Assembly (NCBI GenBank): GCA_934246625.1
Contig: CAKQHZ010000001.1
Span: 450,001-482,000, forward strand
Reading direction: 5' to 3'
Length of the DNA stretch: 32,000 nucleotides
Source: an uncultured Alphaproteobacteria bacterium
GTDB taxonomy: Bacteria; Pseudomonadota; Alphaproteobacteria; Rs-D84; CACZYB01
Shown here: positions 8,618 to 16,924 of the stretch, piece by piece
Position numbering within the stretch: position 1 is the first letter of the stretch
Layout of the letters: every line of letters begins with the position of its first letter
Position numbers and translations under genes: made by a program
The notes under the pieces: model-generated
Database searches by the model: none
Seen by the model: only the letters and a program-made list of their open reading frames with translations
What the model was told of the DNA's origin: nothing

Positions 8618-8710
8618 ATGAAAATTTTCTTGTTTATTTTGAAATAATATTATAAAATGGAATTAGTTTTTATAGAAATGTGAAAACTTGGGATTAATGA
8701 GGAGAAAACT

Positions 8711-9019
8711 ATGATGAAAAAATTTCTATTATTTTTTTCTATTTTATTTTGTGTATTTTTCAAAGTGAATTCTTCCGTTTATGCAACTGTAAGCAGCAAT
8801 TCTCTTGAAAAAATTCTATTTCAATATTGTGTTCCAAAAGAAGGAAATTGTGATGTAAAAGCCACATATAAAAACGGTAAATGTATTTGTCCTGGTGATA
8901 AATTATATATGGACAGAGAATGTTTTAAACCTGTTTGTCCTTCTGGAACTTATATCTATTATAGTAACGACACAGATTCTTGTGGTGCGGGAAATTACAG
9001 AACAAAAGTCAGAAATTAA
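8711..9019 (+). CDS. Small secreted cysteine-rich protein, type 1 (QYCVP..GNCD.KATY family)
   Basis: 102 aa. GAGGAG RBS sits 6 nt upstream. Signal peptide MMKKFLLFFSILFCVFFKVNSSVYA. The mature part has 7 Cys. It is a paralogue of 28694-29110. Confidence 0.8.
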   Translation: MMKKFLLFFSILFCVFFKVNSSVYATVSSNSLEKILFQYCVPKEGNCDVKATYKNGKCICPGDKLYMDRECFKPVCPSGTYIYYSNDTDSCGAGNYRTKVRN

Positions 9020-9113
9020 GTTTATGGGAGAACTACTTTCATAATTTTTGTCTGTTCTCTCTCCATTTAAAAATTTGTCTTTTATATAATAATCAAACAA
9101 AAAGGAGAAGACT

Positions 9114-10190
9114 ATGAACAATAAAAAATATATAATATCGGTAATAGGTGTGTTATCTTTTGTTGGAATTGCACACGCTGCTATTTTTCAATGCAGAACT
9201 TGTGAAGAGGGGACTTATGGTGATGGAACATCTGTAAGTTGCACAAAATGTCCGACTGGGGCAGTTTGTCCTGAGGGAACTGGAGCACCAATTTATTTAT
9301 CAAATTATAAAGATAAGTTATTATCTGTATGTGGTGAGATAGGTAAGGAAATTGCAATAGATACAGGTTTTTCTTCCAGTAATTTTGTTTCAGAAATGAT
9401 TGATAAACAAAAAGTAAAAATAAATTATAGTGGAGATATAATTAAAAAGGGAGAAAGTGGTTATAATTATGCAAGGGCATATTATGAAGTTAGTTGTTAT
9501 GATCTTGATGGTTATTATGCAAGTAGTGGATATAAAGCTATTACAGATTTTATTCAAAGCAAAATATGTAATGATGAATCAGAAGTAAAAAGTCATTTAG
9601 AACCTATGAGTTCATCATCAACTTTAACACCTGGAATATATAGGATTGATGTAGCTGGTGCCGGTGGTGGCGGTGCAGGTGGAAATGCTTGTGGATGGTG
9701 TTATGGAGCTGGTGGAGGTTATGGAGGTAATGGTGATTTGCAGACTAGATATATATATTTAGTTGATAATCAGCCTTATAATTATGTTGTTGGTGCTGGT
9801 GGTGGTAATGGTTGTGGTTCTGGTTGTAATCATCGTGGAGTAAATGGTAAGAAAGGTGGAACATCATCCTTTACTTTGTTAGGAAATGTTTTTGAGGCAT
9901 TAGGTGGAGATGGTGGAGAATCTGCACATAGTGGTTGTGATGTGTCTAATGGTAAAAATGGTGCTGCTGCTGGTAATGGTTTAGGTGGTGTTGGTGGTGA
10001 GAATAGATATGGTAACAAATGTGCTTATGATGGAAATACTGGTTGGGTAAAGATTTATCAAATTGGTATGAGAAAAACCGGTTGTCCTTCTTTAAGACCA
10101 TCTACTTCTTCTGGTGGATGTTCTTCAGGTGGTTATTTTGGCGGTTGCTCTACAGGTGGTTATTTTGGTGGTTGCTCAGGAGGATACTGA
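9114..10190 (+). CDS. Secreted protein: N-terminal cysteine-rich module (type 2) plus a glycine-rich domain and a C-terminal GGYFGGCS repeat
   Basis: 358 aa. AAGGAG RBS and signal peptide ...VGIAHA. The Cys module is FQCRTCEEGTYGDGTSVSCTKCPTGAVCPEG. The glycine-rich core is IYRIDVAGAGGGGAGG...YGAGGGYGGNG...YNYVVGAGGGNG...GKKGGTSSF...ALGGDGGES. Confidence 0.85.
   Translation: MNNKKYIISVIGVLSFVGIAHAAIFQCRTCEEGTYGDGTSVSCTKCPTGAVCPEGTGAPIYLSNYKDKLLSVCGEIGKEIAIDTGFSSSNFVSEMIDKQKVKINYSGDIIKKGESGYNYARAYYEVSCYDLDGYYASSGYKAITDFIQSKICNDESEVKSHLEPMSSSSTLTPGIYRIDVAGAGGGGAGGNACGWCYGAGGGYGGNGDLQTRYIYLVDNQPYNYVVGAGGGNGCGSGCNHRGVNGKKGGTSSFTLLGNVFEALGGDGGESAHSGCDVSNGKNGAAAGNGLGGVGGENRYGNKCAYDGNTGWVKIYQIGMRKTGCPSLRPSTSSGGCSSGGYFGGCSTGGYFGGCSGGY
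10113..10187 (+). repeat. 27-nt tandem repeat (2.8 copies) encoding GGCS(S/T)GGYF
   Basis: Units at 10113-10139, 10140-10166 and 10167-10187 (partial). They have the form ggYggWtgYtcWWca ggtggttatttt. Confidence 0.8.
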
Positions 10191-10207
10191 TAATATATTA
10201 ATAAATT

Positions 10208-10234
10208 TTCCCCTCTTTGTAGGGGAATTTTTTT
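10208..10234 (+). terminator. Intrinsic terminator of the 8711-10190 cassette
   Basis: Stem TTCCCCT/AGGGGAA, loop CTTTGT, then TTTTTTT. Confidence 0.75.
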
Positions 10235-10391
10235 AAGAAGAAAAACCAATTTATAGATTTTGCTTTGCTTTTGCCTAATCTTTTGTTATTATATTTCATG
10301 CAGGGAATAGTTTTTATATTATTTATTTTTTCCTTTGCTGTTCCTTGTTTCGGGAGGGGAAATTTAAGACCATGAACAATTTCAATTCCTG

Positions 10392-10423
10392 AAAAAAAGG
10401 AGGGCTTTAAAACCCTCCTTTTT
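10392..10423 (-). terminator. Intrinsic (bidirectional) terminator downstream of infB
   Basis: Stem GGAGGG/CCCTCC with loop CTTTAAAA. An A7 run precedes it on the plus strand (a T run for the minus transcript) and a T5 run follows it. Confidence 0.75.
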
Positions 10424-10446
10424 CTTTTATCTTTTTTATTTTATGA

Positions 10447-12966
10447 TTAAAGAGTTGCTTTTACCTCTTCTACTTCATAACATTCAAGTCTGTCGCCAAC
10501 TTGGATATCATTAAAGTTTTCAAATGAAATACCGCATTCCATTCCTGAACGAACTTCCTTTACATCATCTTTCATACGTTTAAGTTGTGCAAGTTTGCCT
10601 TCGAAAATAACGATGTTATCGCGAAGCATACGAACACCACAACCTTTCTTTACTATACCTTCGGTTACCTTACATCCAGCAGCCTTTGCCTTACCAGCAT
10701 TGAATACTTGTAATACATCGGCATATCCAATAAAGGTTTCCTTTACTACAGGGGCAAGAAGTCCAGACATAAGAACCTTTACATCATCAATAATGTTATA
10801 AATAATTGAGTAGTATCTTATATCTACTTCGTCGTGATGAGCTTGTTCCTTTGCATTGGCATTTGCACGAACATTGAAAGCAATGATTACAGAGCCAGTT
10901 GTTTTTGCAAGTGTAATATCGGATTCGTTAATACCACCAACACCAGAGTGCATAACCTTTACTTGGACCTTTTCTGATGGAATCTTTATCAAAGATTCGG
11001 CAATCGCTTCGGCTGAACCTTGGGTGTCGGCCTTGATTATAACAGGAAGTGTTTCGGCACGACCTTCTTTGATGTTTTGGAAAAGTTCTTGCCAGTTTGA
11101 TTTTTTTGCAATCATTTGGCGTTCTTTTTCTTTTCTTTTTCTGTATTCTGATACTTCGCGAGCTTTGGCTTCGGATTCAACAACAACAAAGTCATCGCCA
11201 GCAACTGGAGTTCCTTCGAATCCAAGAACGACTACTGGTTGAGAAGGTCTTGCTTCTTGAACCTTTTTACCATATTCGTCAAGGAGTTCACGAACCTTTC
11301 CAGTTGATGAACCAGATACGAAAATATCACCCTTTTTAAGGATACCTTTTTGAACAAGGATTGTTGCAACGGAACCTTTACCCTTTTCCATTTTGGCTTC
11401 AATAACGGCACCCTTTACTAATCCGTTAACGTCAGCCTTTAATTCAAGCATATCTGCTTGTAAAAGGATAAGTTCTTCCAGTTTATCAAGGTTGATTTTT
11501 TGTTTTGCTGAAATTTCAACGTCAAGAACATCACCACCCATTTTTTCAACAACTACACCTTGTTGAAGAAGGTCCATACGAACCTTTTCTGGATTTGCAT
11601 CTGGTAAATCGATTTTGTTAATTGCGACAATCATTGGAACGTTTGCTGCCTTTGCATGATTGATAGCTTCAATGGTTTGAGGCATTATTCCATCGTTTGC
11701 AGCAACAACAAGAATTACTATATCTGTGATATTAACACCACGAGCACGCATAGCTGAAAAGGCTTCGTGTCCTGGGGTATCAATGAAAGTAATTTTTCGA
11801 CCGGATTTTGATTTGATTTGGTATGCACCAATGTGTTGTGTAATACCACCAGCTTCACCACTTACAACATCAGTTTTACGGAAAGCATCAAGAAGTGATG
11901 TTTTACCATGGTCAACGTGTCCCATAACTGTTACAACAGGTGGGCGAGATTCAAATTTTTCATTTGCTGTATTTTCAACAAGAATTTCCTTTTCAATATC
12001 GGAATCAGATACACGTTTTACAGTATGACCAAATTCCATAACAATCAATTCAGCAGTGTCGGCATCAATAATTTGATTGATTGTTGCCATAATGCCAAGT
12101 TTCATCATTGTTTTGATAACATCACTGCTTTTTTCAGCCATACGGATAGCCAAATCCTTTACAGAAATTGTTTCAGGAAGTATTACTTCGTGATAAGTTT
12201 TAACTGTTTCCTTTGGTTCTTGGCGTTCCATAAATTTACGATATTGTTTTTCCTTTTGTCTTTTGATTGAGGCAAAAGAACGGCGTTTTTGATATGTGCC
12301 AACGGCTTCCATTGCAGAAGTAAGAGAATTTGATGGAGCTTCTGAAGCATCGTCTTCTTCATCAAAATCCAAATCACTGCTTGAAACGATGATATTTGAA
12401 AAGTTTATTTTTCTGTTGTCATAAGATGATTTATTCTTTTTTGATTTTTTATCATCATCAGAAGATTTATTTTTTTTACCTTTGGTTTTATAGGATTCTT
12501 CTTCCTCTTCATCATCTTCTTCTGCATAAACATCTTTGTTCTTTTTATATTTTTTTTGTTCAGAAGGTTGTTCTTCGGTTTTTATATCTGTTGAAGATGG
12601 TTTTTCTTCTGAAATAATAGTTTGAGTTTTGGTTTCAGCTTCAATTTCTTCCTCAACCTTTTTATTTAATTCTTCTTGGGCCTTTCTTTCTTGTTCGATT
12701 AGGGCAAGACGTTCACGTTCAGCCTTTGCAAGGAGTTCTTGTTCCTCCTTTGCAGATTCTTCGATACGTTTTGCATTTGCAAGAATATTTTTAAGTTTAT
12801 CGGCCTTTTTAGAATCGATTTCAGGTTGTTCAGTTGAAGGAGAAGAGGTATTTTCATTGCTTGAAAAAACACGTCTTTTCTTTATAACTTCAACCTCGAT
12901 TCCATTTGAACGAGATGTAGATGAAGGAACTTTTGTTCCAAGTTTTAATGTTAATTTTCCAGCCAT
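10447..12966 (-). CDS. infB: Translation initiation factor IF-2
   Basis: 839 aa. GTPase motifs [14 protein letters not shown] and NKID are present. The N-terminal region is low-complexity, acidic and basic. Confidence 0.97.
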   Translation of the reverse strand: MAGKLTLKLGTKVPSSTSRSNGIEVEVIKKRRVFSSNENTSSPSTEQPEIDSKKADKLKNILANAKRIEESAKEEQELLAKAERERLALIEQERKAQEELNKKVEEEIEAETKTQTIISEEKPSSTDIKTEEQPSEQKKYKKNKDVYAEEDDEEEEESYKTKGKKNKSSDDDKKSKKNKSSYDNRKINFSNIIVSSSDLDFDEEDDASEAPSNSLTSAMEAVGTYQKRRSFASIKRQKEKQYRKFMERQEPKETVKTYHEVILPETISVKDLAIRMAEKSSDVIKTMMKLGIMATINQIIDADTAELIVMEFGHTVKRVSDSDIEKEILVENTANEKFESRPPVVTVMGHVDHGKTSLLDAFRKTDVVSGEAGGITQHIGAYQIKSKSGRKITFIDTPGHEAFSAMRARGVNITDIVILVVAANDGIMPQTIEAINHAKAANVPMIVAINKIDLPDANPEKVRMDLLQQGVVVEKMGGDVLDVEISAKQKINLDKLEELILLQADMLELKADVNGLVKGAVIEAKMEKGKGSVATILVQKGILKKGDIFVSGSSTGKVRELLDEYGKKVQEARPSQPVVVLGFEGTPVAGDDFVVVESEAKAREVSEYRKRKEKERQMIAKKSNWQELFQNIKEGRAETLPVIIKADTQGSAEAIAESLIKIPSEKVQVKVMHSGVGGINESDITLAKTTGSVIIAFNVRANANAKEQAHHDEVDIRYYSIIYNIIDDVKVLMSGLLAPVVKETFIGYADVLQVFNAGKAKAAGCKVTEGIVKKGCGVRMLRDNIVIFEGKLAQLKRMKDDVKEVRSGMECGISFENFNDIQVGDRLECYEVEEVKATL

Positions 12967-12993
12967 TTAATACCTCTTTATATTTTTATTGTT

Positions 12994-14544
12994 TTATTTT
13001 CCTTCTTTTTCAAACCAATGTGAACGAGCAGACATAATAATTTTTTCTGCTTCTTTTTCTGTTATGTTATCTTTGCCTAAGATTTCAACAAGTTCATCTG
13101 ATGCAAGGTCAGCTAAATCGTCAAGAGTTTTAACACCATTGTTTCCAAGAGTTAAAACCATATCTGAGGTAAGACCTTCGAATGAAGCAAGTTTGTCTTC
13201 GATACCAATTTCTTTTGATTCTTTTGTAAATGTTGCTTTTTCTTTTTCCAAGAATTCTTTTGCACGAGATTGAAGTTCACGAGCCAAATCTTCATCGAAA
13301 CCTTCGATTGATTTTAATTCTTCAATATTTACAAAAGCAATTTCTTCAATAGTTGTGAAGCCTTCTGCAACAAGTAAGTGTGCAATAACATCATCAATGT
13401 CAAGAGCAGAAATAAATCTTTCTGTTCTTTGTTTTACGTCCTTTTGACGTTTTTCTGATGATTGATCTTCACTCATTACATCAATGCCCCAACCAAGAAG
13501 TTGTGATGCAAGACGAACATTTTGACCATGACGACCAATTGCAAGAGAAAGTTGATCATCTTCAACAATAGCATCAATTTTCTTTGCTTCTTCATCAACA
13601 ATAACTTTTGATACTTTTGCAGGTGATAATGCATCAACAGCAAGTGTTGCAATATTTGTTGTCCATTCGATAACATCGATTTTTTCACCAGCAAGTTCGT
13701 TCACGATATTTTGAATACGACTTCCTTTCATACCAACACAAGCACCAACTGCATCAATAGAGCTGTCGCTTGCAAATACAGCAACTTTTGCACGAGAACC
13801 TGGGTCACGAGCAACAGATTTTACTTCGATTGTGCCTTCGTAAACTTCTGGAATTTCAGCTTCGAAAAGTTTAGCAAGGAATAGTGGGTGTGAACGTGTA
13901 AGTAAAACTTGGGCAGAAGAATTATCTCTTTTTACTTCTAAAACCAAAGCACGGATTCTGTCGCCAACATGTAAGTTTTCGCGTGGAATAGTTTCGTTTC
14001 TTCTTATCAATGCTTCGGCTTTGCCATTGATGTCAACATAAACACTTCCGTATTCAACACGTTTAACTGTTCCGTTAACAATAGTTGATACTTTGTCAGC
14101 AAATTCGTTATATTCTTTTTCCTTTTCTGCTGATTTGATTTTTTGTAAAACAATTTGACGAACAGATTGGAAATTTGCACGTCCAAAATCAACAGGAAGT
14201 AGTTCTTCGTCGATATGAGAGCCAACTTCTAATGTAGAATTGATTTTTTTTGCATCTGATAAACGAATCATTGTGTTTGAGTCAAAATCAACTTCTTCGC
14301 CTAAATCATCAGTAATTTTATCATCTGGAACAACAGTAATTCTTTTTAAGATAGTAATAGTTCCATCACGGCGGTTGATGTTTGCAACTATATCATAATC
14401 ATAGCCATATTTGTTTTTTGCAACCTTTTCAACAGCAGCTTCAAGTGCAGAAAAAACAATTTCTGAGTCGATGTTTTTTTCGCTACTTACACTTGCTGCG
14501 ATTGCAACTAGTTCAGGGCGTGGTAAAGATAATTTTGAAGTCAT
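12994..14544 (-). CDS. nusA: Transcription termination/antitermination factor NusA
   Basis: 516 aa. It has S1 and KH regions (VGACVGMKGSRIQNIVNEL, AIGRHGQNVRLASQL) and C-terminal HhH repeats. It lies in a rimP-nusA-infB arrangement. Confidence 0.97.
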   Translation of the reverse strand: MTSKLSLPRPELVAIAASVSSEKNIDSEIVFSALEAAVEKVAKNKYGYDYDIVANINRRDGTITILKRITVVPDDKITDDLGEEVDFDSNTMIRLSDAKKINSTLEVGSHIDEELLPVDFGRANFQSVRQIVLQKIKSAEKEKEYNEFADKVSTIVNGTVKRVEYGSVYVDINGKAEALIRRNETIPRENLHVGDRIRALVLEVKRDNSSAQVLLTRSHPLFLAKLFEAEIPEVYEGTIEVKSVARDPGSRAKVAVFASDSSIDAVGACVGMKGSRIQNIVNELAGEKIDVIEWTTNIATLAVDALSPAKVSKVIVDEEAKKIDAIVEDDQLSLAIGRHGQNVRLASQLLGWGIDVMSEDQSSEKRQKDVKQRTERFISALDIDDVIAHLLVAEGFTTIEEIAFVNIEELKSIEGFDEDLARELQSRAKEFLEKEKATFTKESKEIGIEDKLASFEGLTSDMVLTLGNNGVKTLDDLADLASDELVEILGKDNITEKEAEKIIMSARSHWFEKEGK

Positions 14545-14561
14545 TTTACTTTCCTTTCTTA

Positions 14562-15080
14562 TTACTTATTTTTGTTATTCTTTTTGTTGTTTTTTAAAAT
14601 TTCTTTTATCATTTCATCAGTGATGAGTAATTTTGCCTTTGCAATATTATCAAATTCAAATTCGATAGTTTGGTTTTTATCATCTAAAAATGTATCAAGA
14701 GAGATTGTTTGATTTTTAAGAGAGGCAATTTTACCCTTAAATCTTTTTCTTTCATCTTCAAGGTTGCGAGGCATTTTTAATTCAACCTTTATATCGCGAC
14801 CAATGAATTTTTCAAAATCAGCAAGTTTTGTAAGTGGGCGGTCCATACCAGCAGAGCCAACTTCCAACATATATTTTTCGTTGATTAAATCTTCTACATC
14901 AAGGGTTGCAGAAAATGCACGTGATGCTTCTTCGCATTCGTCGATAGTAGGAGATGAACCATCTTTTTTTTCAAGCAAAATTTGAAGATTCTTCTTTGCA
15001 TAGTTGACTTGGACAATATCCATATCGTAATCATTTGCAATAGGTGTAAGAATTTCTTCGATTTTTTCAGTTAATAACAT
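14562..15080 (-). CDS. rimP: Ribosome maturation factor RimP
   Basis: 172 aa. Contains the LEVGSAGMDRPL block and lies directly upstream of nusA. Confidence 0.9.
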   Translation of the reverse strand: MLLTEKIEEILTPIANDYDMDIVQVNYAKKNLQILLEKKDGSSPTIDECEEASRAFSATLDVEDLINEKYMLEVGSAGMDRPLTKLADFEKFIGRDIKVELKMPRNLEDERKRFKGKIASLKNQTISLDTFLDDKNQTIEFEFDNIAKAKLLITDEMIKEILKNNKKNNKNK

Positions 15081-15153
15081 TTTTACCTCTTGATATTAAA
15101 AAAAGCGGGGCTTTTAAGCTCCCACTCTTTGATTTTCTTAAGAATGTGATTAC

Positions 15154-15181
15154 ATTATAATACTTTTCTTTACAATTTCAA
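15154..15181 (-). promoter_or_regulatory. Putative promoter of rimP-nusA-infB
   Basis: On the minus strand: TTGAAA (15181-15176), 16-nt spacer, TATAAT (15159-15154). Confidence 0.45.
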
Positions 15182-15197
15182 GAAAAAAATGTATAAT
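15169..15197 (+). promoter_or_regulatory. Putative promoter of clpP
   Basis: TTTACA (15169-15174), 17-nt spacer, TATAAT (15192-15197), with an extended -10 TG. It is back-to-back with the rimP promoter. Confidence 0.55.
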
Positions 15198-15230
15198 ATT
15201 GCCTATATTTATTAACTTAAGGAGAACGTT

Positions 15231-15836
15231 ATGAACGAAATGATGGATTTGGTTCCTATGGTTGTGGAACAAACAGGTAGAGGTGAAAGAAGTTATGATA
15301 TTTTTTCACGTCTTTTGAAGGAAAGAATTATCTTTTTGAATGGTGAAGTAAATGATGCAAGTGCAAGTTTGATTGTTGCACAACTTTTGTTTTTGGAATC
15401 GGAAAATCCTGATAAAGATATTTTTATGTATATAAATTCTCCTGGTGGAGTAATTACTTCTGGTATGGCAATTTATGATACTATGCAATATATTAAACCT
15501 GATGTTGCAACTCTTTGCATTGGTCAAGCATGCTCTATGGGTTCATTTTTGCTTGCGGGTGGAGCAAAGGGAAAAAGATATGCTCTTCCAAATGCAAGAA
15601 TTATGATACATCAACCTTTGGGTGGTTTTCAGGGGCAAGCAACAGATATTGAAATTCATGCAAAAGAAATTCTTAATATCAGAAAAAGAATGAATAGCCT
15701 TTATTCTTTCCATACAGGTAAGGATATTTGCGAAGTGGAAAAGGCTGTGGAACGTGATAATTTTATGAGTGCCGAAGATGCAAAGAATTTTGGTCTTATC
15801 GATTTTGTTGTTAAAAACAGAGGTGATATTAAGTAA
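15231..15836 (+). CDS. clpP: ATP-dependent Clp protease proteolytic subunit
   Basis: 201 aa. Contains [26 protein letters not shown], the catalytic Ser context [11 protein letters not shown], and IMIHQPLGG. Confidence 0.97.
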   Translation: MNEMMDLVPMVVEQTGRGERSYDIFSRLLKERIIFLNGEVNDASASLIVAQLLFLESENPDKDIFMYINSPGGVITSGMAIYDTMQYIKPDVATLCIGQACSMGSFLLAGGAKGKRYALPNARIMIHQPLGGFQGQATDIEIHAKEILNIRKRMNSLYSFHTGKDICEVEKAVERDNFMSAEDAKNFGLIDFVVKNRGDIK

Positions 15837-15868
15837 AATTGTCTAGATTTTTCATAATATATAAATTA

Positions 15869-15896
15869 TTGACTATAAATTTAAAGAATGTATAAT
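15869..15896 (+). promoter_or_regulatory. Putative promoter of the OMP gene
   Basis: TTGACT (15869-15874), 16-nt spacer, TATAAT (15891-15896), with an extended -10 TG. Confidence 0.5.
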
Positions 15897-15900
15897 TTTA

Positions 15901-15930
15901 ACAGGTAGTTTTTCCTAAGGAACTGCCTGT
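15901..15930 (+). promoter_or_regulatory. 10-bp hairpin at the predicted 5' end of the OMP mRNA
   Basis: ACAGGTAGTT-tttcctaagg-AACTGCCTGT (one G-U pair). It starts about 5 nt after the -10 and ends 22 nt before the ATG. Confidence 0.4.
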
Positions 15931-15952
15931 TAATTTAAAAAAGGAGAAAAAT

Positions 15953-16555
15953 ATGAATACAAAAATTATTTCAACAGGTTTAATCCTATCTTCACTTATA
16001 CTTATGGCTCCTAAAGCAGATGCTTACTATATCGGTGCTTCTGTTGGTTCTTCAAAAACAAAAGTTAGTGTGGAAGATAAAATTAATATGCAAAGTAAAA
16101 CTGCTTTTACAGTTTCTACTGGTATGGAAATTCCTCTACCTCTTATTCCAATAAGAGCTGAAGTTGAATATTTACAACTTAATTCTGATAAAGATGGAGC
16201 AGATTTGAAAACTTATGGAGTTGGTGCAAATGCTTATGTTGGATTGCCACTTCTTCCTATTATTAAACCTTATGTTGGTATGGGATTGGGTTATTTAAAA
16301 CAAGATCTAAAAATGCCTGCTGATTTTGATGATGATGATATTTATGAATCAAAAGTTAAGACAAAATCAGATTGGACAGTTGTTCCACAATATATGATTG
16401 GTCTTGATGTATCACTTCCTATTATCCCAGTTGCTGGTGGTGTTGAATATAGATATATCGATTCTAAATTCAAAGGATTTAATGATACAGAAGAAAATTT
16501 TAATGCAAAATCAAAAATCCATACTTTCTTAATGAAAGCAAGAATTAAATTCTAA
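15953..16555 (+). CDS. Small outer-membrane beta-barrel protein (OmpA-like TM / OMP_b-brl type)
   Basis: 200 aa. Signal peptide ...APKADA, alternating amphipathic strands, aromatic-rich strand ends and a C-terminal Phe (ARIKF). Confidence 0.85.
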   Translation: MNTKIISTGLILSSLILMAPKADAYYIGASVGSSKTKVSVEDKINMQSKTAFTVSTGMEIPLPLIPIRAEVEYLQLNSDKDGADLKTYGVGANAYVGLPLLPIIKPYVGMGLGYLKQDLKMPADFDDDDIYESKVKTKSDWTVVPQYMIGLDVSLPIIPVAGGVEYRYIDSKFKGFNDTEENFNAKSKIHTFLMKARIKF

Positions 16556-16579
16556 GATTTAATTTTTGGAAAATTAAAA

Positions 16580-16610
16580 CTGTCATATTTTTAGTATGGC
16601 AGTTTTTTTT
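16580..16610 (+). terminator. Intrinsic terminator of the OMP gene
   Basis: Stem CTGTCATA/TATGGCAG (one G-U pair), followed by T8. Confidence 0.75.
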
Positions 16611-16611
16611 A

Positions 16612-16640
16612 TTGCCTTTTTGTTTCAAAAATGATAAATT
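16612..16640 (+). promoter_or_regulatory. Putative promoter driving leader copy A
   Basis: TTGCCT (16612-16617), 17-nt spacer, TAAATT (16635-16640), with TG at 16632-16633. Its position just after a terminator mirrors copy B. Confidence 0.35.
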
Positions 16641-16689
16641 TTTTTTAGATGTAATGAATAATTACATTTAGTATCAAGTGTATAGTGAT

Positions 16690-16900
16690 ACGGAGCTTTG
16701 AACGGCTTTTTTACTTACAAGGGTATGAATTTTGTGTGATACCGTTTGGTATCTTTTTTTATACCCAAAGCCCCAACCTTTGTTGGTTGGGGAGCTGTGG
16801 TTATACAACAGGAATATAGTCTTTGCTATAGTCTAAAAGCCTCAGAGTCATTGTAAGTATGATTGTTCAACTGCCCGACCACTATCTTTGATATGTGGGT
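16690..16900 (+). promoter_or_regulatory. Candidate structured 5' leader RNA, copy A (homologous to 28455-28657)
   Basis: Outer stem GGGTAT (16721-16726)/ATACCC (16761-16766) encloses hairpin GATACC-gttt-GGTATC (16738-16753). Next comes hairpin CCCCAACC-tttgtt-GGTTGGGG (16771-16792). The conserved block TATGATT...CCCG.CCA... (16858-16899) ends in hairpin CCAC-TATC-ttt-GATA-t-GTGG, followed by a U-rich tract. Confidence 0.5.
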
Positions 16901-16924
16901 TTATTTTATTAAAGGGAGAAAAAT

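Noticed and set aside
9830-10018. Minus-strand 62-aa Pro-rich ORF (PPTPPKPLPAAAP...).
   Set aside because: It is the reverse complement of GGN glycine codons in the glycine-rich domain, so it is a mirror artefact.
10235-10391. The roughly 155-nt spacer between the two terminators (cassette 1 and infB) was examined for an sRNA or another copy of the conserved leader.
   Set aside because: It contains only a weak long-range pairing (CAGGGAAT...ATTCCTG) and has no similarity to the leader blocks (CCCCAC..GTGGGG, TATGATT..CCCG.CCA). It has no promoter-terminator pair of its own.
10595-12970. Several 68-128-aa plus-strand ORFs inside infB, with similar ones inside nusA, rimP, mnmG, the PBP gene and bamA.
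   Set aside because: These are shadow ORFs antisense to, or out of frame with, strongly supported conserved genes. They lack RBSs and have low-complexity translations.
15100-15125. GCGGGGCTTTTAAGCTCCC next to an A/T run in the rimP 5' UTR, considered as a terminator or attenuator.
   Set aside because: Only 3-4 base pairs can form, so there is no convincing stem.
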